Below are positions 1 to 7,592 of a DNA stretch of 24,000 nucleotides, piece after piece. Every line of letters begins with the position of its first letter. The first letter of the stretch is position 1. This stretch comes from Acidobacteriota bacterium (GTDB taxonomy: Bacteria; Acidobacteriota; Vicinamibacteria; Vicinamibacterales; SCN-69-37). Both the position numbers and the translations under genes were made by a program. The stretch covers positions 875 through 24,874 of the forward strand of contig JBLNGH010000339.1 in assembly GCA_050264575.1 (NCBI GenBank), written 5' to 3'. Below the pieces are notes generated by a model. The model searched no databases. It saw only the letters and a list, made by a program, of their open reading frames with translations, and was not told the DNA's origin.

Positions 1-2992
1 TGAAATCGCCTTCGCTGAGCAGCACCTGGCCCAGATCGTACGCGCCGTGAATCCGCGTCAGCTGCAGGCCATCGGGCGCCTGTCTGCCAAGCCGTTCGAT
101 CGTCGTCATGAGCTGATCGCGGCCGGCCAGCAGCGTCTGGATGAGAGTCGATGTGCCCGCGGGTGCGCGCTCGGCGGCCGAGCCGAGCGCGGCGAGCGTC
201 GAGTCGGTCTGCCGCCGTGTGCGTGAGACGAGCGCGCTGGTCCACTCGGCATCGAGCGCCGCGGTGCCGAACTCGGAGACGGCCTCGTCGCCGGCGAGCG
301 TGAGGTGCAGCTCGGCGGTGCGCCGTCCCAGCGTGGATGCCGCCTCGAGCGCGGAGCCGACCGTCCGCCGGGCGGCTTCCGGCACGTCTCCGGCCGAGAG
401 GGCTGGCGGTCGATCCCGCTGCGTCTCGCTCACGTCCCACGCGATCGCGCTCTCGAAGTAGCGCTCGAGCTCGCCGATCGCCTGGCGCCAGCCGTCCATC
501 TGATGCGGCACGAACGCGTGCAGGATCGCCAGCGTGGTCGTTTCGCCTGCCGTCGACGTGTACGCGATTGTCCCGGCCAGTCGCGGCGCGCGCGGGAAAT
601 GCGCGCGGTCCGTCAGGAAGCGGCCCATTTCGACTTCGTGATTCGGCCCCGGCCACAGCCGCCGCACCAGCTTCAGCACGAACCGCTCGCCAAACCGGAT
701 CGACGAGTTCGCGCGTTCGACGCTCGGGCTCACCGGCGCCAGATCGCCGTCCGGTGCCTGGGTCCGGATTTCGTCGAACACAGGCGTGCGCGATCCCTGC
801 AGCTGTCCGTGCCGCATGTCGGCGCTGCGCGTTTCGCCGATGACGGAGAACACCTCGCGCGCCTCGTCCGGATCGAGCGATGCATGCAGGATCCCTTTTG
901 CCGCGCCGGCAATTCGAGCGACGATGCCGTCTGGCGATTCCTGGACGATCACGTCAGCATGGGTGCCCGACGCCATCGCCAGCGGCACGAAGTAGCGATC
1001 CTCGCGGCCGTCCTCGAACTTGACGGCGAGGATCGTCGCCATGACCGGTTCCTTGCCGCCGCGCAGCGTGCTCCACTCGACGATTCTGGCGTCGGCGATC
1101 GCCGTGCCGCGCTTCTGGAACCAGCGCTGCCTGGCGAGGAACGGCGCCAGGTAGCGGCGCTCGAGCAGCGATCGCGCGCTGCCGGCCAGCGTGCGCGACC
1201 AGTCCTCGCCGAGCAGCACCGGCAGCGTCTCGATCTCCGATTCAGCGGCCGGGGCCAGCGGCCGGGCGGTCACCGGCGCCGGCGCCTGTCGCTTCAGCTC
1301 CAGCCAGTAGAACCCGTACGGCGCAAGCGTCAGGAAATACGGCGTCTCGCCGATGCGCGGGAGGTCGGTGCTGCCCGACATCTCGATCGGCACGAGACCC
1401 GAATACTTCGACAAATCCAGCGACACGGCCTGCATCGTGCGCGCCATGTTGGCGACGACGAGAATTGGATCCTCGGCATCGAGCCGGCGAATGAACGCGA
1501 AGACCCGGCGGTTTTCGGGACGGAGCAGCTCGATCGTCCCTCGTCCGAAGGTGCGATGGCGCTGGCGCAGCGCGATCAGCCGTCGCGTCCAGTTGAGGAG
1601 CGAATGCGGCGAGCGCTCCTGCGCCTCGACGTTGACGGACTGATATCCGTAGACCGAATCCATGACCACCGGCGCGTACAGCCGGGCCGGATCGGCGCGC
1701 GAGAAGCCACCGTTGCGGTCCGCGGTCCACTGCATCGGCGTCCGTACCGCGTTGCGATCGCCGAGGTACACGTTGTCACCCATGCCGAGTTCGTCGCCGT
1801 AATAGATGACCGGCGTGCCCGGGAGCGAGAGCAGCAGCCCGTTCAGCAGCTCGATCCGCGCCCGGCTGTTCTCCATCAGCGGCGCGAGCCGGCGGCGGAT
1901 GCCGGCGTTGACGCGCATCTGCGGGTCGGCGGCGTACGCCTGGTACATGTAGTCGCGCTCCTCGTCGGTCACCATTTCGAGCGTCAGCTCATCGTGGTTC
2001 CGCAAAAAGATCGCCCACTGACAGCTGTCGGGGATCTCCGGCGTCTGGTAGAGGATTTCGCTGATGGGATGGCGGTCTTCCTGCCGCATCGCCATGTACA
2101 GCCGCGGCATCAGCGGGAAATGAAAGGCCATGTGGCATTCGTCGCCGTCGCCGAAGTACGCGCAGACATCCGACGGCCACAGGTTCGCTTCCGCCAGGAA
2201 CATCCGATCGTGATAGCGCCCGTCCAGCTCGCGCCTCAGATTGCGGAGGACTTCGTGGGTTTCCGGCAGGTTCGCGCAGCTCGTGCCCTCGCGCTCGATC
2301 AGGTACGGCACGGCGTCGAGCCGCATGCCGTCGACGCCTTTGTCGAGCCAGAAGCGCATGACGCGCGTCACCGCTCTGCGGACCTGCGGGTTGTCGAAGT
2401 TCAGATCCGGCTGATGGTGGAAGAACCGGTGCCAGTAGTATGCGCCGGCCAGCGGATCCCACGTCCAGTTCGAGCGCTCGGTGTCGCTGAAAATAATCCG
2501 GACGCCCGCGTATTTCTGATCGGTATCGCTCCAGACGTAGTACTCGCGCTTGCGCGATCCGGCGCGGGCCCGGCGCGCCGCCTGGAACCACGGATGTTGA
2601 TCCGAGGTGTGGTTGATGACCAGCTCGGTGATGACGCGCAGCCCTCGCTCGTGCGCCTGATCCAGAAACGTCCGGAAGTCTTTCAGCGTGCCGTACGATT
2701 TGTGGACGCCTTCGTAGTGCGCAATGTCATAGCCGTCGTCGCGAAGCGGCGACGGGTAGAACGGCTGCAGCCAGATGCACGAGACGCCCAGCGACTGGAT
2801 GTAGTCGAGCTTGCGCGTCAGCCCGGCGAAATCGCCGACGCCGTCGTCGTCGCTGTCGAAAAAGCCCCGGACGTGGACCTGGTAGATGACCGCGTCTTTG
2901 TACCAGAGGCTAGGGGAGGTGTCAGGAGGACGGGGGTCGATTATGGAAAACTCGCCGGACTGCCTGGTAATGGTGTCCGGCGAGTTTCCCAC
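1..2992 (-). CDS. treS: Trehalose synthase (GH13, TreS) with C-terminal maltokinase-like domain; partial, 3' end runs off the left edge of the window
   Basis: Absent from the ORF track because it has no stop inside the window. Manual reverse-strand translation gives the canonical TreS blocks LWYKDAVIYQVHVRGFFDSDDDGVGDFAGLTRKLDYIQSLGVSCIWLQPFYPSPLRDDGYDI, VINHTSDQHPWF, GVDGMRLDAVPYL, FLAEANLWP, FLRNHDELTLEMVTDEERDYMY and LLLSLPGTPVIYYGDELGMGDN. The same frame at bp 2-58 reads TRIHGAYDLGQVLLSEGDF, which resembles the maltokinase HGDxHLGQVL block. The start is set at the in-frame GTG 2992-2990, the only canonical start upstream of the conserved WYKD block, so the start is uncertain. Confidence 0.85.
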   Translation of the reverse strand, partial: MGNSPDTITRQSGEFSIIDPRPPDTSPSLWYKDAVIYQVHVRGFFDSDDDGVGDFAGLTRKLDYIQSLGVSCIWLQPFYPSPLRDDGYDIAHYEGVHKSYGTLKDFRTFLDQAHERGLRVITELVINHTSDQHPWFQAARRARAGSRKREYYVWSDTDQKYAGVRIIFSDTERSNWTWDPLAGAYYWHRFFHHQPDLNFDNPQVRRAVTRVMRFWLDKGVDGMRLDAVPYLIEREGTSCANLPETHEVLRNLRRELDGRYHDRMFLAEANLWPSDVCAYFGDGDECHMAFHFPLMPRLYMAMRQEDRHPISEILYQTPEIPDSCQWAIFLRNHDELTLEMVTDEERDYMYQAYAADPQMRVNAGIRRRLAPLMENSRARIELLNGLLLSLPGTPVIYYGDELGMGDNVYLGDRNAVRTPMQWTADRNGGFSRADPARLYAPVVMDSVYGYQSVNVEAQERSPHSLLNWTRRLIALRQRHRTFGRGTIELLRPENRRVFAFIRRLDAEDPILVVANMARTMQAVSLDLSKYSGLVPIEMSGSTDLPRIGETPYFLTLAPYGFYWLELKRQAPAPVTARPLAPAAESEIETLPVLLGEDWSRTLAGSARSLLERRYLAPFLARQRWFQKRGTAIADARIVEWSTLRGGKEPVMATILAVKFEDGREDRYFVPLAMASGTHADVIVQESPDGIVARIAGAAKGILHASLDPDEAREVFSVIGETRSADMRHGQLQGSRTPVFDEIRTQAPDGDLAPVSPSVERANSSIRFGERFVLKLVRRLWPGPNHEVEMGRFLTDRAHFPRAPRLAGTIAYTSTAGETTTLAILHAFVPHQMDGWRQAIGELERYFESAIAWDVSETQRDRPPALSAGDVPEAARRTVGSALEAASTLGRRTAELHLTLAGDEAVSEFGTAALDAEWTSALVSRTRRQTDSTLAALGSAAERAPAGTSTLIQTLLAGRDQLMTTIERLGRQAPDGLQLTRIHGAYDLGQVLLSEGDF

Positions 2993-3012
2993 AATCGACG
3001 CCCCGTCCCCTC
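2925..3012. repeat. About 88-nt imperfect palindrome (arms 2925-2960 and 2975-3012, 14-nt loop) with GGACGGGGG / CCCCGTCC termini. It lies between the BNR-gene stop and treS and covers the predicted treS start codon.
   Basis: Left arm is GGAGGACGGGGGTCGATTATGGAAAACTCGCCGGAC. The reverse complement of the right arm is GAGGGGACGGGGCGTCGATTGTGGGAAACTCGCCGGAC. Hand pairing shows only a few mismatches or bulges. Confidence 0.7.
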
Positions 3013-5393
3013 TACTTAATGGAGCTCGCGTCGAGCGCCCAGATGCCCCGCCCGTACGTCGAGATCACGAGCATCTGGTCGCGCGGCTCGAACTGCAGGT
3101 CCGACACCTGGTTGGACGGCAGATTGCCGCCGAGCACTTCCCAGCGTTCGCCTCCGTTCGTCGAGACGTAGACGCCGAAGTCGGTGCCGACGTAGAGGAT
3201 GTTCGGGTTGCGCGGGTCTTCGCGAATCACGTTCACCGGACCCACCGGGATGTTCCCGGCGATGCTGCGAATCGTCCTCCCGTTGTCGGTCGACTTGTAG
3301 ATGTAGACGCCGAAGTCGTCGTCTTCGCGGCCGCGCTGCGTGATGTAGACCGTACCTTCGTCGTGCTGAGAGGGGACGACGCGCGAGATCCAGCGTCGGA
3401 CCGGGAGCTTGGATGTCAGTTCCGTCCACTCCTTGCCCGTATCGAGCGTGACGTGCAGCCGGCCATCGTCGCTGCCGACGTAGAGCAGTCCCTTGCGCTT
3501 CGGCGATTCGGCGAGCGCCACGATTGTCTGGTACGGAATCGCCGTCGGATTCTCGCCCATCTGCTCCTTCTTGTTGTCGGTCAGATCCGCGCTGATCTTT
3601 TGCCAGCTGTCTCCGCGATTCTCGGATCGATAGACCGACTGGAAGCCCGCGAAGATGATGCTGCCGTCGTGGGGCGAGACGATGATCGGCGCCATCCATT
3701 GCGCGCGCAGTTCCTGATCCGGATCCTTCGGCTGAATCGGCGTGTTGGTGCCTCCGCGTCCGCGGCCGCCGCCGCGGCCGCTCGGATCGGGCGGCGGGGT
3801 CGCGCCGAGGTCGGTCCGGCTGAAGTTGCCGTAGAAGCCGTGCGAGTACACGATGTTCGGATTGGTCGGATCGATCGCGTGGTTCGATCCTTCGCCGCCA
3901 GGCGCATTCTCGAAGTCGACGGCCGGGACGGCGCCACGCCCCTTGCCGGTATCGACGCGGCCGCGCCGGCTGCCGTGATCCTGAATCGATCCGTAGGCCC
4001 AGACGGGCGTGTTCGAATCGAGCGTCACGTTGTAGAACTGCGCGCCGCCCGCCGACACGGCAAATTTCCAGGTCTTGCCGCCGTCCTCGGACTGATAGAA
4101 GCCGCCGTCGTTGTTGTTATAGAGAATCGACGTGTTGCCCGGATCGATCCAGAGACCATGGTGGTCGCCGTGCATCCCGGTGACGCGCGAGAACGTCTGA
4201 CCGCCATCCCGGGAGACGTTGAGACCCAGGCCCATCGTGTAAATCGTTTTTTCGTCTTTCGGATCCACCCGGATCTGTCCGAAGACCCACCCGTACGTGC
4301 CGGAATGGCCGTTGAGGTAGTCAATCGTGGCCTGAGTCTTTCGACTGGTTTGCCGCCAGGTCTTGCCTCCATCGTCGGTCCGGTAGATGTCGGCACCCTT
4401 GATGAAGCCTTTGCCCGCCGGCATCGGCCGGCCGTACGCGTCATTGGTGCCCGGCTTCGGCACCACGCCGATCTCGTAGTTGTCGACGAAGGCGTACAGC
4501 ACGTTCGGGTTCGATCTGGAGACGTCGATCCCGATGCGGCCGCGGAACTCGGGCGCGGGAAGGCCCTGGCTCACGTCGTTCCAGGTCTTACCGCCGTCGG
4601 TCGTCTTCAGGATGCCGCCTTCTTTGTAGCCGGGCTCGACGCGCGGATCCGACCACTTGCGCCGCACGCGCTGCCAGAGTGCCGCGTACAGCGTGTTGGG
4701 GTCGCGCGGATCCATCACGAGATCGATCGCGCCGGTGCGCGGGCTGCGATACAGCACCTTTGTCCACGTCTTGCCGCCGTCGGTCGTCTTGAAGACGCCG
4801 CGCATCTCGTTGTCCGTCCACTCGTGGCCGGAAGCGGCCACGTACACGATGTCAGGGTTGGTCGGATGCACGAGGATCCGCGCGATCGTCTGCGTATCGG
4901 TCAGCCCCATGTGCTGAAAGGTCTTGCCGGCGTCGGTGGACTTGTAAATGCCGACCCCCGGCATCGACGCGCGAAAGATATTCGCTTCGCCCGTCCCGAC
5001 CCACAGAATGTCGGGGTTCGAGGGCGCGACGGCGAGATCGCCGACGCTCGTCGACGGCATGTCGTCGAAGATCGCCTGCCACGTTGCGCCGTTGTCATCG
5101 GTTTTCCAGACGCCGCTCGTCGCGTAGCCGGCGTAGATGCGCCGTTGACCGTTCTTGTCGGCGACGGCCGTATCCGTGGAGCGGCCGCTCACGTTCGTGG
5201 GACCCACGTACATCCATGAGGCCGATTTGTACGGCGACGCATCGCGCATCGAGCGATACGTGTCGTAGCCCTTGCGCAGGACTTCGGCATCCGCCCTGGC
5301 GGCCTGCTGCGCCCGCAGAGCGAGCGGAATGCTGCAGAGTGCCGCGAGAAGGACCAGCGAGAGGCGGCTGGCGCGCCCGAGGTGTCGGGTCAT
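3012..5393 (-). CDS. Secreted BNR/Asp-box repeat beta-propeller protein (sortilin/VPS10-like or GH74-like WD40/YVTN/BNR family)
   Basis: At least 10 Asp-box motifs (S/T-x-D-x-G-x-T-W/F) are present: TDDNGATW, STDAGKTF, TTDGGKTW (twice), RTDDGGKTW, SRDGGQTF, SEDGGKTW, ENRGDSWQ, LDTGKEW and STNGGERW. The start is moved to the internal Met at 5393 (MTRHLGRASRLSLVLLAALCSIPLALRAQQ), which gives a classical signal peptide. The track ORF start at 5531 would overlap the divergent cysteine desulfurase gene. Confidence 0.8.
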   Translation of the reverse strand: MTRHLGRASRLSLVLLAALCSIPLALRAQQAARADAEVLRKGYDTYRSMRDASPYKSASWMYVGPTNVSGRSTDTAVADKNGQRRIYAGYATSGVWKTDDNGATWQAIFDDMPSTSVGDLAVAPSNPDILWVGTGEANIFRASMPGVGIYKSTDAGKTFQHMGLTDTQTIARILVHPTNPDIVYVAASGHEWTDNEMRGVFKTTDGGKTWTKVLYRSPRTGAIDLVMDPRDPNTLYAALWQRVRRKWSDPRVEPGYKEGGILKTTDGGKTWNDVSQGLPAPEFRGRIGIDVSRSNPNVLYAFVDNYEIGVVPKPGTNDAYGRPMPAGKGFIKGADIYRTDDGGKTWRQTSRKTQATIDYLNGHSGTYGWVFGQIRVDPKDEKTIYTMGLGLNVSRDGGQTFSRVTGMHGDHHGLWIDPGNTSILYNNNDGGFYQSEDGGKTWKFAVSAGGAQFYNVTLDSNTPVWAYGSIQDHGSRRGRVDTGKGRGAVPAVDFENAPGGEGSNHAIDPTNPNIVYSHGFYGNFSRTDLGATPPPDPSGRGGGRGRGGTNTPIQPKDPDQELRAQWMAPIIVSPHDGSIIFAGFQSVYRSENRGDSWQKISADLTDNKKEQMGENPTAIPYQTIVALAESPKRKGLLYVGSDDGRLHVTLDTGKEWTELTSKLPVRRWISRVVPSQHDEGTVYITQRGREDDDFGVYIYKSTDNGRTIRSIAGNIPVGPVNVIREDPRNPNILYVGTDFGVYVSTNGGERWEVLGGNLPSNQVSDLQFEPRDQMLVISTYGRGIWALDASSIK

Positions 5394-5417
5394 GGTCTTT
5401 AGCTTATGACAACGTAG

Positions 5418-5468
5418 GGCGGACTGATTTCCAAGTCCGCCACCGGCGGATTTGGCGATCAATCCGCC
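5418..5468. promoter_or_regulatory. Two adjacent 24-bp palindromes (candidate dimeric-regulator operators or twin hairpins) in the divergent intergenic region
   Basis: GGCGGACT-gatttcca-AGTCCGCC lies at 5418-5441 and GGCGGATT-tggcgatc-AATCCGCC at 5445-5468. Both have perfect 8-bp arms, 8-nt centres and the same half-site GGCGGAnT. Confidence 0.4.
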
Positions 5469-5485
5469 CCACATGCAGGTAGGAC

Positions 5486-5491
5486 TACAAT
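5486..5491 (+). promoter_or_regulatory. Candidate -10 box TACAAT, 7 nt upstream of the cysteine desulfurase ATG (possible leaderless mRNA)
   Basis: The sequence is TACAAT cgacgca ATG with no Shine-Dalgarno-like purine run in between. No convincing -35 element was found. Confidence 0.3.
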
Positions 5492-5498
5492 CGACGCA

Positions 5499-6659
5499 AT
5501 GCCACACGCGCCGGTCTATCTCGACTACCACGCGACCACGCCGGTCGATCGCCGGGTGGTCGACGCGATGCTGCCGTACTTCACCGAGTGCTTCGGCAAT
5601 CCCGCCTCATCCGGTCATCAGTGGGGATGGAAGGCGCAGGAAGCGGTGGAGCAGGCGCGCCGGGACGTCGCCGCGCTCATCGGCGCAACGGCGCGTGAGA
5701 TCGTGTTCACGAGCGGCGCCACGGAATCCAATAACCTGGCAATTCAGGGTGGTGCCGCCGAGGCGCCGCCCGAACGTCGTCACGTCGTCGTCTCGGCGAT
5801 CGAACATAAGTCGGTGCTCGAAGCGGCGGCCCGGCTCGAACGGAGCGGCTGGCGCGTGACGGTCCTGCCCGTTCGGAAAGACGGGATGATCGATCTCGAG
5901 CCGCTCGACCGCGCCGTCACGGACGACACGGCGCTCGTGAGCGTGATGGCCGCCAACAATGAGATCGGCGTTCTCCAGCCGCTCGCGGAGATTGGCGAGA
6001 TCGCGCACGCGCGCGGCGCGATTTTCCACGTGGATGCTGCTCAGGGCGCGGGCAAGATTCCGATTGACGTCGGCGCCATGCACGTCGACCTGCTCGCGCT
6101 GACGGGTCACAAGATGTACGGGCCCAAAGGATGCGGCGCGCTGTTCGTGCGCAAGCGCACCGAGCTGGCGCCGCTCATCATCGGCGGCGGGCAGGAGCGC
6201 GGGCTGCGATCGGGAACCTTGAACGTCCCTGGCATCGTCGGGCTCGGCGCCGCGTGCGCGATCTGCCAGCGCGAGATGCCGCAGGAAGCGATCAGGATGC
6301 GTCAGCTTCGTGACCGGCTGCTGAGCGGGCTGACGTCGCAGATCGACGGTGTGATCGTCAACGGATCGCTCGAGCATCGGCTTCCGAACAACCTTCACGT
6401 CAGCTTCAGCGGCGTGGATGGAGAATCGCTGCTCATCGGCATCGGCGACATCGCGGTCTCATCCGGATCCGCGTGCAGCTCCGCGTCGGCGACGCCGTCC
6501 CACGTCCTCCGCGCCATCCTCGGCGACGACGTGCCGGCGGCGGCAATCCGGTTCGGGTTGGGCCGGTTCACGACCGACGACGAGATTGACTACGCCGTCG
6601 AAAAATTTGCGACAGTCGTTCGACATTTGCGAGGCGTTGCGCCCGCAAGTCGATCATGA
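5499..6659 (+). CDS. iscS: Cysteine desulfurase, class I (IscS/NifS family, PLP-dependent)
   Basis: The N-terminus reads VYLDYHATTPVD..MLPYF...FGNPASSGHQWGW. Other family blocks are FTSGATESNNLAI, the PLP-lysine block LTGHKMYGPKGCGALFVR, and the active-site loop SSGSACSS. The length of 386 aa is typical. Confidence 0.9.
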   Translation: MPHAPVYLDYHATTPVDRRVVDAMLPYFTECFGNPASSGHQWGWKAQEAVEQARRDVAALIGATAREIVFTSGATESNNLAIQGGAAEAPPERRHVVVSAIEHKSVLEAAARLERSGWRVTVLPVRKDGMIDLEPLDRAVTDDTALVSVMAANNEIGVLQPLAEIGEIAHARGAIFHVDAAQGAGKIPIDVGAMHVDLLALTGHKMYGPKGCGALFVRKRTELAPLIIGGGQERGLRSGTLNVPGIVGLGAACAICQREMPQEAIRMRQLRDRLLSGLTSQIDGVIVNGSLEHRLPNNLHVSFSGVDGESLLIGIGDIAVSSGSACSSASATPSHVLRAILGDDVPAAAIRFGLGRFTTDDEIDYAVEKFATVVRHLRGVAPASRS

Positions 6660-7486
6660 ACGGCACCGACGAACGTTCCGGACGCGAGACACGGCTGCTG
6701 GTGCTCGTGATCGTCGTGTCGCTGGCCGTGCTCCTGCTGCTCGCGCAGTTCCGGTTCCCGCCGGTCGGGTTGACCGCCGGACCGCCCACGCCGGGGCCGC
6801 TCGACAAGCTGGCCGCGCGCGCGACGTACGACGATCTTGCCGCGGCGATTGCCGCCGTCGTCCAACGGGTCGAGTCCTCGATCGTCATCGTCCAGGTCGA
6901 CTCGCCGCCGCCCGAGGAAAAAGAAAAGGAGCGGGGGAAGGAGCGCGGGAGAGAAAAGACCAGCCCGGCGCCGTCCGCACCGGCGCTGTCGCCCAGGCTC
7001 CTGCCCGCCATCCGGCTGAGGCCCGACATCGCCCTGGTCCATGTGCCGGCCGGGATGCGGGTCAGTCCGGCACAGGGATTCTCGGGTCCGACGGCCGTTT
7101 TTGCGACCGATCCGAAGCGTGAAATCGCGCTGGTACGGGTCGCGCCATTGCCTGAGTCGGCCACCGGGCTGCCGAGTGCCTTCGAACGCTTCCCTGGATT
7201 CAGCTACGTCGCCGTGATCGAGGCCGCGATGGGCGGACCATCGGCGCGCCCGGCATTCATCGGCCGGCTCGACACATCCGTCGACGATCGCTGGCAGCCG
7301 TCGCCGCTGCTCATCGGCGGCGCGTCGGAAGCCAGCGCGGGCTCGCTGCTCTTTGCGGTCGACGGCCGGCTCATCGGCATGGTGCTGCCGCAATTCGGTA
7401 CGCTCGCCGTCGTTTCGCCCGCGGCGCTCAACGCCGTCGTCACCGAGCTCGGCGGCGGTGGAACGAATGGCGGCGGCGCGCGATGA
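6656..7486 (+). CDS. Hypothetical N-terminally membrane-anchored protein, possibly a degenerate trypsin/HtrA-like fold
   Basis: Its ATG overlaps the upstream stop (ATGA at 6656-6659). One TM helix is present (LLVLVIVVSLAVLLLLAQF). By eye, REIALVRV and SAGSLLFAVDGRLIGMV resemble the S1C blocks DIALLKV and GNSGGPL..DG.vIGI, but there is no clear catalytic Ser, His or Asp. A charged insert reads PPEEKEKERGKERGREK. Confidence 0.55.
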   Translation: MNGTDERSGRETRLLVLVIVVSLAVLLLLAQFRFPPVGLTAGPPTPGPLDKLAARATYDDLAAAIAAVVQRVESSIVIVQVDSPPPEEKEKERGKERGREKTSPAPSAPALSPRLLPAIRLRPDIALVHVPAGMRVSPAQGFSGPTAVFATDPKREIALVRVAPLPESATGLPSAFERFPGFSYVAVIEAAMGGPSARPAFIGRLDTSVDDRWQPSPLLIGGASEASAGSLLFAVDGRLIGMVLPQFGTLAVVSPAALNAVVTELGGGGTNGGGAR

Positions 7487-7592
7487 GTGCCATGCGCGCG
7501 ACAGGCGAACGCGGCCGAAGCGACGCGGCGCTCCGGGGTCCCGGCGAGCGTAGGCCGGTAGTCGGGGTGCAGGGGGCCCCGACGATCAAGCA

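Noticed and set aside
305-5219. Very long plus-strand ORFs 305..3019 (904 aa) and 2886..5219 (777 aa)
   Set aside because: Both are Arg/Ala/Pro-rich with no recognisable motifs. They lie exactly antisense to genes with unmistakable family signatures (TreS and the BNR/Asp-box protein). They are typical shadow ORFs in high-GC DNA.
5394-5531. N-terminal 46 aa of the 839-aa track ORF
   Set aside because: It would overlap the divergent cysteine desulfurase start and the palindromic control region. Met47 begins a canonical signal peptide.
7561-7583. Hairpin GTCGGGG-tgcaggggg-CCCCGAC just upstream of the 396-aa membrane protein, as a member of the GGGGAC palindrome family
   Set aside because: The stem motif (GTCGGGG/CCCCGAC) is not the same as GGGGAC/GTCCCC. 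The 7-bp GC stem is unremarkable in DNA of this GC content.
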